Part shown: piece after piece, positions 1 through 10,784 of the stretch
How the letters are laid out: every line of letters begins with the position of its first letter
Numbering within the stretch: the stretch's first letter is position 1
Assembly (NCBI GenBank): GCA_050287085.1
Contig: JBNKBE010000008.1
Coordinates: 84,431 to 148,430 of the forward strand
Origin: Polyangiaceae bacterium
GTDB taxonomy: Bacteria > Myxococcota_A > Polyangia > Polyangiales > Polyangiaceae
Direction of reading: 5' to 3'
DNA: 64,000 nucleotides
Made by a program: the position numbers and the translations under genes
The notes under the pieces: generated by a model
Seen by the model: only the letters and a program-made list of their open reading frames with translations
What the model was told of the DNA's origin: nothing
Database searches by the model: none

Positions 1-237
1 AGGCCAATGGGCCGCTGAGCTCGCGCGCCTGGTTCGCCAGGGAGCGCGCGGAAACGGCCCGGCGCCTACCATTGCTGATTCCCGCGCCAGCCAACTCCTT
101 TAGTATCTCTAGAAAGAGCAGATTCCTCTCAGAACGGACTAGGCACCCACTTCCCGACCTAGTAGATGGATTCCTCGCTCGGGGCGCATCCCGGCCGGGT
201 GGTGGTAATGGGGTCGGTTGGCTACATGCACGGCGCG

Positions 238-309
238 GTTCATAAGGTCAGCGCAGTTTCCAAGATCAGCGCAGTTCATAAGGTCAGCGCAGTCTCCAAG
301 TTCGGCGCA
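238..309. repeat. 18-bp tandem repeat x4 (alternating A-B-A-B' units)
   Basis: gttcataaggtcagcgca / gtttccaagatcagcgca / gttcataaggtcagcgca / gtctccaagttcggcgca. Confidence 0.9.
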
Positions 310-442
310 GGCTACTTCCATCGCAGTCTACTTCCATCGTCCCGCTCCCGTCTGTAAGACACTGGCTCAGCAAGGCATCCCATGCCGGGCCCGAATTAGA
401 ACACGGCTCCAGGGTCGGTTCACACAGGATAAGCCCTCAAAA

Positions 443-506
443 GACCCCTCGGGGTCCACGGATATTAGACCCACTGGGGTCGGTAAGTAAGCGACCCGCT
501 GGGGTC
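443..506. promoter_or_regulatory. Three phased palindromes GACCC-N4-GGGTC (putative operator array)
   Basis: gacccctcggggtc at 443, gacccactggggtc at 468, gacccgctggggtc at 493; exact 25-bp period, about 100 bp upstream of the ATG at 605. Confidence 0.6.
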
Positions 507-604
507 TCAGTGATAAACCCGCACGCTCCAAAACACCCGGACCCACGCACCTAGTTGGGCGCCGGCGACCGGCGGGGCGACACCAAAACAGAGGAAAAAA
601 GCGA

Positions 605-1270
605 ATGTTTTCAGCAGCGTGGCAACACTTTCAAGAGGGCGGCTGGGCCATGTGGCTCATTCTATTTTGGCTCATCTGCTCGATCGCTGTGATCGTTGAG
701 CGCACCGTCTTCTTGATGGGTGCCTCAATCAACAAGGATATGTTCCTGGCGACGATGCAGAAGTGCATTCTGGCGGGTGACATTGCCAAGGCAGTCAAGA
801 TGTGTTCGGCGGCCAATGCACCGCTAGCGAACATCATCCAGGCAGGGCTCCTCAAGGTTAACCGTCCCGACGGCGAGGTTCAGGCCGCCATGGACGAGGC
901 GGCTCTCTCCGAGATCCCCAAGATCAACAAGTGGGTTGGCTTTCTCGCGATGTTTGCCAACCTCGCGATGCTCTGCGGTCTCTTTGGCACCATTGTGGGT
1001 CTCATCAAGGCATTCGGCGCCGTTGGCGGCGAGAGCGTTGACCCCAGCCAGAAGGCACGCATCTTGGCTGAAGGTATCTCGGAAGCGATGAACTGCACGG
1101 CGTTTGGTCTGCTTTCCGCAATCGTAGCGCTCATGGGCTTCGCCTTCTTGAACAACAAGACGCAGTCGATGGAAGACGCCATCAACGAGGCTTCTGTCCG
1201 CGTGCTCAATCTGGTTGTTGCCAATCGTCAGAAGGTCAACCTTCAGGGGCTTGAGGGTCATCACGGCTAA
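605..1270 (+). CDS. MotA/TolQ/ExbB proton channel protein (AglR-like)
   Basis: Three TM segments, GLFGT and GISEAMNCTAFGL motifs; gagg RBS upstream. Confidence 0.93.
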   Translation: MFSAAWQHFQEGGWAMWLILFWLICSIAVIVERTVFLMGASINKDMFLATMQKCILAGDIAKAVKMCSAANAPLANIIQAGLLKVNRPDGEVQAAMDEAALSEIPKINKWVGFLAMFANLAMLCGLFGTIVGLIKAFGAVGGESVDPSQKARILAEGISEAMNCTAFGLLSAIVALMGFAFLNNKTQSMEDAINEASVRVLNLVVANRQKVNLQGLEGHHG

Positions 1271-1293
1271 GGGCTGAGACCTGGACCACTGAG

Positions 1294-1330
1294 AAGCGCG
1301 CCGCCTCACCCAAGAGGCGGCGGCGCTTTT
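1294..1330 (+). terminator. Intra-operon GC-rich hairpin followed by T-tract
   Basis: aagcgc-gccgcctc / loop acccaa / gaggcggc-g-gcgctt followed by tt. Confidence 0.55.
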
Positions 1331-1381
1331 GGTCTAAGGTCAAGCGAGCTTTAGCGATCGATGTAACCCAAGGAGAGCAAC

Positions 1382-1951
1382 ATGGCAGGTATTGATACTG
1401 GCGGCGGCCACGGCGGAAAAAAGAGCGTCAATCACGAGATTCCGCTTATCCCGTTCATCGACTTTCTCCTGTGCCTCGTTTCTTTTCTTCTGATCACCGC
1501 CGTGTGGTCGCAGATGGCGCGGATCAACGCCGACGCCCGAGTTCCTGGTCCCCCAAATCCGGACAAGGAACTGGAGGAGAAGAAGAAGGACAAGACGCTG
1601 CACGTCGAAATGAAGAGTGAACGCAAGTTCCAATTGGTGTGGAAAGAGGGCACGCAAGTCCTCAACACCATCGACGTCCCGCGCAAGGCTGAGACGGTCG
1701 GGGAGGATGAGGTTGCATACCCGGACCTCGCCAAGAAGATCGACGAAGAATGGAATCGAAATGATTCCCGGCACTTTGCCGCAACCGATCTCGAAGTTGA
1801 TCAGGCCGTGTTGCACACTGATAACTCGACCAAGTTCAAGGACGTGATCGCCGTTATCGACGCGATCTACACCCCCAAGCGGGACTACAAAGAGCCGACA
1901 GGCGAGGTCAAGAAGCGCCCGGCGCTCAATGTCACCTTTTCCGTGAATTGA
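1382..1951 (+). CDS. ExbD/TolR family protein
   Basis: PLIPFIDFLLCLVSFLLITA TM with conserved Asp; C-terminal DNSTKFKDVIAVID; aggag RBS. Confidence 0.9.
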   Translation: MAGIDTGGGHGGKKSVNHEIPLIPFIDFLLCLVSFLLITAVWSQMARINADARVPGPPNPDKELEEKKKDKTLHVEMKSERKFQLVWKEGTQVLNTIDVPRKAETVGEDEVAYPDLAKKIDEEWNRNDSRHFAATDLEVDQAVLHTDNSTKFKDVIAVIDAIYTPKRDYKEPTGEVKKRPALNVTFSVN

Positions 1952-1966
1952 TAGGAGCGACACAGA

Positions 1967-2548
1967 ATGTCACACGGTAAAGCACTAAGCCGCTTTCATC
2001 AGCCGATCAGCACCCCCGGTCGGCGCTTGCTTGCCCACGTACCGCTCAACTTCGTTCAGAAGAGAGTGGCTGGTGGCGGCGCCAAAGCGGTCAATCACGA
2101 GATTCCGCTCGTTCCATTCATCGACTTCTTGCTCTGCATCGTTCTCTTCTTGCTGGCGAGCTTCTCGGCTTCGGGTGAGCTTCCGGTGGATAAGAACGTC
2201 ACGTTGCCCAGCGCAGAAAACGTGCTCGACATGACCGAAGCACCGATGGTGGCCATTACGGGAACGCAGATCCTCGTAGATGGGACACCTGCTGGGTCAA
2301 CACGGGCGATCGAGGATGCCAACAGGCTCCAGAAGGTGGAGCAGCTGGGTGATATTCTCAAGGCGAAGCGCGAGATGTGGACCCAGATCAATCCGGGGAA
2401 GCCGTTTCCAGGGGTTGCGGTCCTGCAGGTGGATCAAGACGTGCCCGCGCTGATCGTCAAGAGTGTGTTTCAAACGGCAGCTTATGCTGGGTTTCCCAAC
2501 GTGAGCTTCATGGTTCGTAGGCGTGGTGGAGAGGGCGGCGGCGAATAG
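1967..2548 (+). CDS. Second ExbD/TolR family protein
   Basis: PLVPFIDFLLCIVLFLLASF TM; LQVDQDVPALIVKSVFQTAAYAGF C-terminal motif. Confidence 0.9.
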   Translation: MSHGKALSRFHQPISTPGRRLLAHVPLNFVQKRVAGGGAKAVNHEIPLVPFIDFLLCIVLFLLASFSASGELPVDKNVTLPSAENVLDMTEAPMVAITGTQILVDGTPAGSTRAIEDANRLQKVEQLGDILKAKREMWTQINPGKPFPGVAVLQVDQDVPALIVKSVFQTAAYAGFPNVSFMVRRRGGEGGGE

Positions 2549-2610
2549 GGAAAAGACGTGACCGAGCTGTGTTGAGCGGCTCGGTCCACCGCAGCTGCTG
2601 CGCTTTGAAG

Positions 2611-2649
2611 AATCCGCACTCGGAACTTACCGAGTGCGGATTTCGCTTT
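2611..2649 (+). terminator. Rho-independent terminator-like hairpin after the motor operon
   Basis: 13-bp perfect stem aatccgcactcgg / ccgagtgcggatt, followed by tcgcttt. Confidence 0.65.
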
Positions 2650-2828
2650 GTGACACCGCTTGGCAGGGCGCTCGGCTTGGTACAAAAATGCGGAACTATC
2701 GAATCGGATCGCGGTCGATACGAAGACTTAGGAGCGGCCGCCACACGCGGGCCGCTGCTCCGTCTGTAGCAACATGACGACATTAGCCCTGGAAATGCTG
2801 GCGCGGCCCGTGCGCGTGAGAGGTTTGA

Positions 2829-3944
2829 TTGATGCGACCCAGCGATGAAGAGCGAGGACTGCCCTCGCTCAACCGCCAAGCCAAAGTGCGCTGGAGGGCG
2901 GTGGCCCAGGGGCGAGTTGGAATGCGAGATGCACAGCCTCAGTTCTGGCTGTGGACCTTTGTGGGACTGTTAGCCTTTGGGGTGATCTACTGGTATTTCG
3001 CTGAGCGGGAGCTGGAGCGGCAGAAGAGCACGGTCATGGCGAAGCAGAGAGCTTATGCCGTGAAGCTCGGAAGCCAGCTCTTGCCCGTTCGGGACCGTGT
3101 GGAGTCATGGGTGCAGGCGCTGGCCGACGCGAAGCCGGAGCGCCTTGTGAGCCCGGCCCTCGACGTCGAGGCGTTGCGACGCTCCAAGGGACTGTATCTA
3201 CGCGTGCCGCTCGAGGATGCGCACTCTAACGACGCGATCCGGCGTGCGGCGGACCACTCGCTGCACGATGGCTTCACCTCGTGTTTGTTCGAACGCAAAG
3301 GGCGTGTTCCGAGCGCTAACGAGCCCTCGGAGTGCGAGTCGTCGGGGCAGTGTGCTCCGGGCAAACTCTGCAACGAATGGGGGCTGTGTGCGGCGCCGGG
3401 GCAACCCTACAACTTGCGACTCATGTACCGGGCCCTGCGGGTCTTGTCTCCGACGTGGACCGATGAGTTGCATCAGGCCACTGACGACTATCAGGTGCGG
3501 GTGTTTGAGCGGGATTTGGAGCGGGTGATGCGGACGGATGTGCCGATAGCCGCAGAGCTATTGACTTCCGCTCGCTACTTCACGGCGCTGCTTGATGAAC
3601 CGGCAGAGGGTGGATTGCCGTCAGTGGCGGGGATGAATCGCGACGGCGGTCTCTCGGAGACTGAGCACACCCAGCTGCAAACGCTGCCACATTTCGTGCG
3701 GGTTGGCGTGTGGGATCTCCAGAGCGAGGAGCTCCTGCTGAAGCTGCGACTCCGCGCTGACGCGGAGTTTGTGCCCGTTGGGAGTGCCACGGCGATACCA
3801 GCGTCGGCCCTGCGGGCGCAGCAGCGCCAGGTTAACAACTGCTCGATAGCACAGACGCTGCGCGAAACGGTGCGGGCGAGCCAGAGACCGCCGACGACGA
3901 GCACAGAGGGCGTGGGTGGCGCCTCCGGTGCGGCCCAGCCTTGA
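2829..3944 (+). CDS. Hypothetical single-pass membrane protein with a small Cys-rich motif
   Basis: 371-aa ORF; TM FWLWTFVGLLAFGVIYWYF; CESSGQCAPGKLCNEWGLC. Confidence 0.75.
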   Translation: MMRPSDEERGLPSLNRQAKVRWRAVAQGRVGMRDAQPQFWLWTFVGLLAFGVIYWYFAERELERQKSTVMAKQRAYAVKLGSQLLPVRDRVESWVQALADAKPERLVSPALDVEALRRSKGLYLRVPLEDAHSNDAIRRAADHSLHDGFTSCLFERKGRVPSANEPSECESSGQCAPGKLCNEWGLCAAPGQPYNLRLMYRALRVLSPTWTDELHQATDDYQVRVFERDLERVMRTDVPIAAELLTSARYFTALLDEPAEGGLPSVAGMNRDGGLSETEHTQLQTLPHFVRVGVWDLQSEELLLKLRLRADAEFVPVGSATAIPASALRAQQRQVNNCSIAQTLRETVRASQRPPTTSTEGVGGASGAAQP

Positions 3945-4051
3945 TGGGCAGGCGGTCCGGAGCCGCGGCAGCGGATTGAGCTAGGGGCCCGCGGAGGGGA
4001 AAGTCATACCACGCGGGCCGAGTCTCTGATTGTGGCGGGCGGGCTTCTCGC

Positions 4052-4123
4052 TCAGGGGAGCGCCGTGCCTCAGGGGGGCGCCGTGCATCAGGGGAGCGCC
4101 GTGCATCAGGGGAGCGCAGTGCC
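4052..4123. repeat. 18-bp tandem repeat x4 duplicating the oxoprolinase gene 3' end and stop codon
   Basis: tcagggg(a/g)gcgc(c/a)gtgc(c/a) units at 4052, 4070, 4088, 4106; the copy at 4106 encodes GTALP-stop on the minus strand. Confidence 0.9.
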
Positions 4124-7100
4124 GTAGCCACCACCACCTGGCGTGGCTATCGTCAGCACGTCTCCGACCTTGGCTTCGAACTGTATGCGCCCTGGTAGGT
4201 CGCGGCCGTTAAGGGTATTGCGGCCGGCAGCCCCCGGGGAGCCGCCAGCGAGGCCAAAAGGGGCTAGCCTGCGTCGTTCGGTGAGGAGGGTAACCGTCAT
4301 CGGCGCTAGAAATTCGATTTCGCGAATCAGACCATGGCCGCCGTGCCGGGCGCCGGCACCTCCGGAGCCACCTCGGATAGCGAAGCGGAGCACCCTGACC
4401 GGATATCGCGACTCGACGACTTCCACGTCCGTAATGCGTGTATTGGTCATATGGCATTGGATAGCGCTCGCGCCGTCAGCGGCTTCCGTGGCGCCCATGC
4501 CACCGCCCAGGGTTTCGTAGTAGGCCCGGCGCTCGTCTCCGAAGGTGATGTTGTTCATGGTGCCTTGGCTGGCCGCGGCCGCCCCCAGGGCAGCCAGCAA
4601 CACATCGACGATGCGCTGCGAGGTCTCCACGTTCCCGCTGACCACTGCGCAATCTGGACCGGGAGACAGCAGCGTGCGCTCCGGAACTTCGAGGTCGATG
4701 CGATCCAATACCCCGCTGTTCATGGGCAGACGGCTGCCGATCAAACAGCGAAGGGTGTAGATCAACGCGGCTCGTACAACGGCGAGCGGAGCGTTGCTAT
4801 TGCCTGGATGTTCAGGTGTTGCGTCGAAGGCCACGCGCAGCCGGCCCCCGCGTCGCTCGAGGTGAACGGCGATCGGCGTGCCGTCGTCGAGGCTGTCCCG
4901 GAATTCCCGGCGGCCCGCGGGAAGCGCCGCCAGCAGTTTCCCCACCTGCGCCGACGCCTCACTCATCAGCAGTTGCGCATAGCGGAGCAGAGGAGAGCGG
5001 CCAAAGCGGACGAGCAAAGCCAGGAGACTGCGCTCGCCATGGCGATTGGCGGCGAGCTGCGCTTCGAGATCCGCGAGGTTCTGCTCGGGGGTGCGCGCCG
5101 GGTAAGGGCCGCTGCGCAAGACATCGAGTAGCCCCTGGCGGTCCATCTCCCCCTTTGACACCAGACGGCGCGCCCGAATCAGGACCCCTTCCTCACAGAG
5201 CTTGGTTGATGTGGCCGGCATCGAGCCCGGCGTAGTTCCTCCGATGTCGGCGTGGTGACCGCGACTTGCCACATAGAAGAGGTGTTCTCCGGAAGCGGAG
5301 AACACCGGGCTGACCACGGTCACGTCGGGTAGATGGGAGCCGCCCGCGGTCGGGTCGTTGGTGACGTAGGCGTCGCCGGGTTCCGGTGGGGAAAAGCGCT
5401 GCGCAATATGCGCTACTGTTTCTGACATGGCGCCGAGGTGCACCGGAATATGCGGGGCGTTTGCCAGTAACTGGGCGTCGCGGGTAAACACGGCGCAAGA
5501 GAAGTCGAGGCGCTCCCGGATGTTCGTCGAAACGGCAGTGGCTGCCAATACCGAGCCCATTTCACCGGCAACGTGCCCAAACGCGTTGCCAACCAACTCG
5601 AGAAGCACCGGATCGACGCTGTCGTTGTCGAAGCTTTCGCTCTCAGCGGTCCGCTCACGCATTTCCGAGGGCGGCGTGACGGTCATCCTAAGCAGTCCTC
5701 CGGCCTCGGCGCGAAGACTACAGTGTCGCTCAACGACGATGGCGCCGGTGTCCTCGATGACATAAGCGGGGCCCGTGACTACAACGCCCGCTACGAGCTG
5801 CTCGCGACTGAATACGGGTGTATGCTCAAAGCGATCATCAAACCAGATCGACTCACGGCGAAGGGGGCTTGGGGGCGGCTGTTCAGGGGCGGACTGGGGC
5901 GCTACGTAAGGCGGCTCCAAACGCCGGATCTGCAGAGATGAGTGGAGCGTCCTCAGCAAGACCGGCTCATTCGGCCGCGCATAGCCGAACCGTTCGGTGT
6001 GTAGTGCGTGAAACTCGCGCTCTAGACGGACGGCTTCTTGCGCGCAGTCTCGTCCCGCGGTCCAGGCGAGCACTAACATCGAGTCGGTGCCAGGGTAGGA
6101 AAGGGCGAGCCGAAACTCGTGGCGCGGCTGAGTGGAAGCGTCTTCGAGCAGAGAGACCAGGCGCGAGCGTGCTCGCTCCACCTGAGGCTCCAGCGCGGCA
6201 AGTGCTTCGGCCGTCAGGGATTGCTCACCTAGATCCAGCGACTCCCGATGGCCCTCTTCCGCGAGCCCAACGCCCCAAGCGGACAAGACCCCCGCCAGGG
6301 GATGAAAGACCACATGGGTGATCCCCAGCTCTCGGGCGACGGCGCCCGCGTGTTGGCCTCCAGCTCCGCCATAGACGACCAAGGTGTCGCTTCGAACGTC
6401 GAAGCCCCGGTCGACCGAGATCCGCTTGACCGCCTGGGCCATGTTGGCGCTTGCAATCCGCAGGAAGCCATCGGCGATCTGCTCAACCGAGAGCTTGGTG
6501 CCTTTCTGCTCCAGACGCTTGCGCAGATTGTCGAGCGCGTCGCGGACCGGCTTGGAGTGTAGCGGTAGGGGAAAACGATCAGCCTGCAGCCGTCCGAGGG
6601 CCAGATTGACGTCGGTTATGGTGAGCTCAGTCGCTTGCGGATGGCCGTAGCAGAGGGGACCCGGGCTGCTACCGGCGCTCTCTGGGCCTACTGTCATGCG
6701 CGAGCCGTCGTAGCGGCACAGCGAGCCGCCGCCTGCGGCGACTGTATGGATGTCGAGACTCGGAGCGGCGATGCGCGTTCCGTTGACGGTCGAAGCGTAG
6801 TTGAGCGGGAGCTCTCCGGCGAAGCGCGACACGTCGGTGGATGTACCGCCCATATCAAAGCCGATGACCGCAGCTGCGCCGGCTAGCTCGCGCACATGGG
6901 ACAATGCGACGACGCCACCCGCCGGACCGGAGAGGATCGATTGGTGACCACGCAATTGTCCGGCCGTCGTCAATTCTCCGCTGGACTGCATGATGCGGAG
7001 GTTGCCCGGGCCCAGTTGTGCTTCGAGGTGGGCGAAATGAGACCGAAGCAGCGGCGTTAGGTTCGCGTCGAGGAGCGTCGTATCGGCGCGCTTGAGGAAG

Positions 7101-7675
7101 CCGAGTTCACCGCTGACCTCGTGGGAGAGGCTGATGTATTCGAAGCCGACGTCCAATGCGGCCTCGCGGATGGCGAGTTCTGGCGCTGGATTCTTGAACG
7201 CGAACACACATGCGATCGCCAGGCTTCTGATGCCAGCGGCTTTCAATTCCGCTAGGGCTTTCCGGATTTCGGTAGGATCGGGCATGGCCAGCACCGCTCC
7301 ATCGGCGTCGCTCCGCGCGTCTACTTCCAGGACGCGATCAAAGAGGGGCTCCACGCGAGCGACTTCGAGCTCGAAGATATCGGGTCTTGCCTGGGTGCCG
7401 ATCCGGGTCAGATCGGCGAAGCCTCGAGTGATGACAAGGGCTGTGGCGACACCCTTGCGTTCGAGCAGTGCGTTGGTGGTTTTGGTGGTGCCCAGCCTCA
7501 ACGTACACGGCGGCAGCGGAGCCGTGCTGGGCAAATCCAGCAAGGCTCGCATGCCGCGTAGAGGCGCGTCGTCGGAAGTGGGAACCTTGACCACGCCCAC
7601 GACTCGCCCCTCCTGGCTGAGGATGCAATCGGTGAACGTGCCACCCTGGTCAATCCAGAACTCAGTTTGCGTCAT
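4106..7675 (-). CDS. Fused hydantoinase A/B / ATP-dependent 5-oxoprolinase
   Basis: [47 protein letters not shown] and HMTNT motifs. Confidence 0.93.
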   Translation of the reverse strand: MTQTEFWIDQGGTFTDCILSQEGRVVGVVKVPTSDDAPLRGMRALLDLPSTAPLPPCTLRLGTTKTTNALLERKGVATALVITRGFADLTRIGTQARPDIFELEVARVEPLFDRVLEVDARSDADGAVLAMPDPTEIRKALAELKAAGIRSLAIACVFAFKNPAPELAIREAALDVGFEYISLSHEVSGELGFLKRADTTLLDANLTPLLRSHFAHLEAQLGPGNLRIMQSSGELTTAGQLRGHQSILSGPAGGVVALSHVRELAGAAAVIGFDMGGTSTDVSRFAGELPLNYASTVNGTRIAAPSLDIHTVAAGGGSLCRYDGSRMTVGPESAGSSPGPLCYGHPQATELTITDVNLALGRLQADRFPLPLHSKPVRDALDNLRKRLEQKGTKLSVEQIADGFLRIASANMAQAVKRISVDRGFDVRSDTLVVYGGAGGQHAGAVARELGITHVVFHPLAGVLSAWGVGLAEEGHRESLDLGEQSLTAEALAALEPQVERARSRLVSLLEDASTQPRHEFRLALSYPGTDSMLVLAWTAGRDCAQEAVRLEREFHALHTERFGYARPNEPVLLRTLHSSLQIRRLEPPYVAPQSAPEQPPPSPLRRESIWFDDRFEHTPVFSREQLVAGVVVTGPAYVIEDTGAIVVERHCSLRAEAGGLLRMTVTPPSEMRERTAESESFDNDSVDPVLLELVGNAFGHVAGEMGSVLAATAVSTNIRERLDFSCAVFTRDAQLLANAPHIPVHLGAMSETVAHIAQRFSPPEPGDAYVTNDPTAGGSHLPDVTVVSPVFSASGEHLFYVASRGHHADIGGTTPGSMPATSTKLCEEGVLIRARRLVSKGEMDRQGLLDVLRSGPYPARTPEQNLADLEAQLAANRHGERSLLALLVRFGRSPLLRYAQLLMSEASAQVGKLLAALPAGRREFRDSLDDGTPIAVHLERRGGRLRVAFDATPEHPGNSNAPLAVVRAALIYTLRCLIGSRLPMNSGVLDRIDLEVPERTLLSPGPDCAVVSGNVETSQRIVDVLLAALGAAAASQGTMNNITFGDERRAYYETLGGGMGATEAADGASAIQCHMTNTRITDVEVVESRYPVRVLRFAIRGGSGGAGARHGGHGLIREIEFLAPMTVTLLTERRRLAPFGLAGGSPGAAGRNTLNGRDLPGRIQFEAKVGDVLTIATPGGGGYGTALP

Positions 7676-10013
7676 CACCGCCGGCGCTGACCACCATGGC
7701 GGGCGCGCTTGGTGCCGTAACCACCTCCGTGGATGTGGGAGGCTCTTTCGGAAAGCAGGGTTCGCTCCTGAAGTGGAAGTTGAGCCCGGACGCAGGGTCG
7801 TGCGCGACGATCACGTGCCCGCCGTGCTCTAGCTTTCCGAATAGCAACTCGTCGCCGAGCGGACGCTTGATTTCGTCTTGTAGCAGCCGCGCCAAGGGGC
7901 GTGCGCCGTTGTCGCGGTCGTAACCCTTTTCCGCGAAGTAGTGGATCGCGTCCGGGGTTAACTCGAGACTCACGTTTCTTTCTTTCAACAGTTCGCCCAG
8001 CTCTGCGGCGGCTTTTTCGACGATGGCTTCCATCGTCTCCCGCGCCAGCGGAGCGAACATGATGCGGGCGTCCAGTCGGTTGCGGAACTCCGGGCTGAAG
8101 GTCGTCTTATACGCTTTCTCCGCGTCGCCACGACTTTCGGCTTGTCCGAACCCAACGCGCTGCTTGCTCAGCTCGTGCGCACCCACATTGCTGGTCATGA
8201 TGATCACGATATGACGGAAGTCGGCCTTCTTTCCGTTGTTGTCGGTAAGAGTGCCGTGATCCATCACCTGGAGCAGGACGTTGAAGATGTCTGGGTGTGC
8301 CTTCTCGATTTCGTCCAGCAGGAGCACGGCATGGGGTGTCTTGCTGACGGCCTCCGTCAGCAGGCCGCCATTGTCGTGCCCTACATACCCGGGGGGCGCG
8401 CCGACTAGTCGCGATACGGTGTGGCGCTCCATGTACTCGCTCATGTCGAAGCGCAGCAGCTCGATTCCGAGGCGCTTTGCGAGTTGCTTTGCAACCTCCG
8501 TCTTGCCAACGCCCGTTGGCCCGGCAAATAGGTAGGAGCCAATCGGCTTGTCAGGGGCGCGGAGTCCGGCGCGGGCTAGCTTGATCGCGCTGGCGAGTTC
8601 ACTGATGGCGCGGTCTTGCCCGTAGACGTACTTCTGCAAGTCGGCTTCTAGGGAGCGGAGAGCTTGTTTGTCGTCGACACTGACTTGGCGCGGCGGAATG
8701 TGTGCGATGCGCGCGACAACTGCTTCGATCCGCTCTAGATCGACGACGGGCTTGTCAGGGGAGTTCAGCTTGGCATCGGCGCCGGCTTCATCGAGGAGAT
8801 CGATAGCGCTGTCGGGAAGCCGCCTGTCGCGCAGGTGGCGGGCGGCTAACAAGCCGGCGGCCTCCACCGCCTCCTCCGTGTAACTCACCCCGTGGAAGGT
8901 CTCGTAGTGTGCCTTCAAACCCTTGAGAATGAGCACCGCTTCATCAGCGCTGGGCTCGACTACGTCGATCTTCTGAAAACGCCGATTCAGAGCGGCGTCT
9001 CTTTCGAGATGTCGACGATACTCTTCAAACGTTGTGGCACCAATACAGCGTAGACTTCCGGCAAGGGCGGGCTTCAGCAGATTCGAGGCATCCACCGTTC
9101 CGCCACCGACGGCGCCCGCGCCGATGACCGTGTGCAGCTCATCGATGAAGAGCACCGCGTTCGGGTGTTTGCTCAGTCGCTTGAGAACACCCTTCAAGCG
9201 CTGTTCGAAGTCGCCGCGGAACTTGGTGCCAGCGAGTAGCGTTCCCATGTCCAGCGCGTAGATCTCGGCATTCTCCAGCGCTTTGGGCACGTCTCCGGCG
9301 ACAATTCTCTGCGCCAATCCTTCCACCAAAGCGGTCTTGCCGACGCCGGCATCACCCACAAAGAGTGGGTTGTTCTTGCGTCGTCTCGCGAGCACGAGAA
9401 TGGCTCGATCCAGCTCCTTCTGACGTCCGATCAATGGATCGATGTCACCGCTTCGGGCACGGTCGTTGAGGTTGGTGGTGAAGCGAGCTAGCGGGTCCTT
9501 CTCGCCGGGCTCCTCTTCGGCGGTCGACTCAGGATCTCCTGCGGGGGCCTGTTCACCCGCTGGCTCTGCGTCGTCCTCGTCCTCGTCCATGCCGTGGGAG
9601 ATGTGGGTCACCAGCGCCAGGCGCGTCAGCCCGTTTTCTTCGAGCGCGGCTACGGCGAAGGAATCGCTTTCTCCGTACATGGCCACTACGACGTTATGAC
9701 CCTTGAGCTCAGCCTGGCCGCTGCTTTCAACATGGATAGCACCGCGCTGCAGAACCCGGCGAAAGCCGTTTGAGGGCGTTGGACTCTCGTTGGCGTCGAG
9801 CCTATCACCGGGGATTTCGTCGGAGAGGACGCGCTCGAGACTAGCGCGCAGGCCCTTTATGTTGGCGCCGGCCTTGCGCAAGGTGCGAGCCGTTTCTTGG
9901 TCCATCAAGAGTGCGTAGAGCAGGTGCTCAACGGTCATCCACTCATGACCACGCCGGGTCGCCTCAGTGGCTGCCACCGAGCACGCAATCTCCACCTCTG
10001 CACTAACCTTCAT
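7662..10013 (-). CDS. clpA: ATP-dependent Clp protease ATP-binding subunit ClpA
   Basis: Two AAA+ modules ([16 protein letters not shown]), [11 protein letters not shown], no ClpB M-domain; directly downstream of clpS. Confidence 0.95.
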   Translation of the reverse strand: MKVSAEVEIACSVAATEATRRGHEWMTVEHLLYALLMDQETARTLRKAGANIKGLRASLERVLSDEIPGDRLDANESPTPSNGFRRVLQRGAIHVESSGQAELKGHNVVVAMYGESDSFAVAALEENGLTRLALVTHISHGMDEDEDDAEPAGEQAPAGDPESTAEEEPGEKDPLARFTTNLNDRARSGDIDPLIGRQKELDRAILVLARRRKNNPLFVGDAGVGKTALVEGLAQRIVAGDVPKALENAEIYALDMGTLLAGTKFRGDFEQRLKGVLKRLSKHPNAVLFIDELHTVIGAGAVGGGTVDASNLLKPALAGSLRCIGATTFEEYRRHLERDAALNRRFQKIDVVEPSADEAVLILKGLKAHYETFHGVSYTEEAVEAAGLLAARHLRDRRLPDSAIDLLDEAGADAKLNSPDKPVVDLERIEAVVARIAHIPPRQVSVDDKQALRSLEADLQKYVYGQDRAISELASAIKLARAGLRAPDKPIGSYLFAGPTGVGKTEVAKQLAKRLGIELLRFDMSEYMERHTVSRLVGAPPGYVGHDNGGLLTEAVSKTPHAVLLLDEIEKAHPDIFNVLLQVMDHGTLTDNNGKKADFRHIVIIMTSNVGAHELSKQRVGFGQAESRGDAEKAYKTTFSPEFRNRLDARIMFAPLARETMEAIVEKAAAELGELLKERNVSLELTPDAIHYFAEKGYDRDNGARPLARLLQDEIKRPLGDELLFGKLEHGGHVIVAHDPASGLNFHFRSEPCFPKEPPTSTEVVTAPSAPAMVVSAGGDDAN

Positions 10014-10344
10014 TGTCGCTCTCCTCCGGCTCAGCTGTGCACTTGAGCGGGTGGCCGTGAGCACGGGCGTATTCCGTTACCTGGGTGACTTTGGTCTCCG
10101 CCACGTCCCGCGGGTATACGTCCACGATGCCGTAGTTGCGGTGGTGAACGTTGAGCATGATATGGGTCGCTTCCGTCTCCGTCTTCTTGAAGAATTTCAT
10201 GAGGATATGGACTACAAACTCCATGGTGGTGTAGTTGTCGTTGTGCAACACCACCTGATAGCGACGCGGGCGTTTGGTCTTAGGACGCTCGGCGAGGCCG
10301 AGCTCGCCCTCCTCTTGCTTCTGCTGGCTGGGGTCTTTCGGCAT
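10003..10344 (-). CDS. clpS: Clp protease adaptor ClpS
   Basis: YQVVLHNDNYTTMEFVV...ATHIMLNVH...HPLKCTAE; start trimmed to the ATG at 10344. Confidence 0.95.
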   Translation of the reverse strand: MPKDPSQQKQEEGELGLAERPKTKRPRRYQVVLHNDNYTTMEFVVHILMKFFKKTETEATHIMLNVHHRNYGIVDVYPRDVAETKVTQVTEYARAHGHPLKCTAEPEESDNEG

Positions 10345-10596
10345 CTTCGTCTCGACGGGCGCGGCGTGTGCCCTCCCGGTAGCTATGGGACTGTGCGTAT
10401 CCAGGAGCAAGCTGTCGAGGGGCGCCGTGACGTTAGGCCCCCTGGTCCGTCTCGAGCGCTGCCGGCCCGGATCTTTTTTTGAATGCAAATGAGAAACGCC
10501 CGAGCTTGGCTCAGGCGTTTCTCCGGGGCTCATACCCCGGCCCCTCGTCGCTGCAGGAGCTGCAACAGGCGAGGATCACGGCCGCCGAGGGCGGCC

Positions 10597-10737
10597 TCAG
10601 GTGGCTTTCTTCGCCTTTGCCTGCGGCTTGGTGTCGCCGGCTGCGGCTGCTTCTTGAGCCTGACTCCAGGCCTTATTCTTGATGGTTCGGCGTCGCTTTT
10701 GGCGGCGACGTGCACGTGAGTCTTGGGGGGTGGTCAT
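10597..10737 (-). CDS. Small basic protein, 46 aa (below the ORF-track cutoff)
   Basis: ATG at 10737 preceded by acggaaataca; MTTPQDSRARRRQKRRRTIKNKAWSQAQEAAAAGDTKPQAKAKKAT-stop; co-directional between the oxidoreductase beta gene and clpS. Confidence 0.6.
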   Translation of the reverse strand: MTTPQDSRARRRQKRRRTIKNKAWSQAQEAAAAGDTKPQAKAKKAT

Positions 10738-10784
10738 TGTATTTCCGTTGTATGTTTGAGGGGATCCGAAAGCGGTAGTGGCTG

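Noticed and set aside
139..490. Small ORFs with repeated peptides (CADLMN / SAVHKV)
   Set aside because: The peptide repeats arise from the 18-bp DNA repeat being open in several frames; there is no other coding evidence
443..506. Mini-CRISPR interpretation of the palindromes
   Set aside because: Repeats of 14 bp and spacers of 11 bp are far too short; better explained as operator sites
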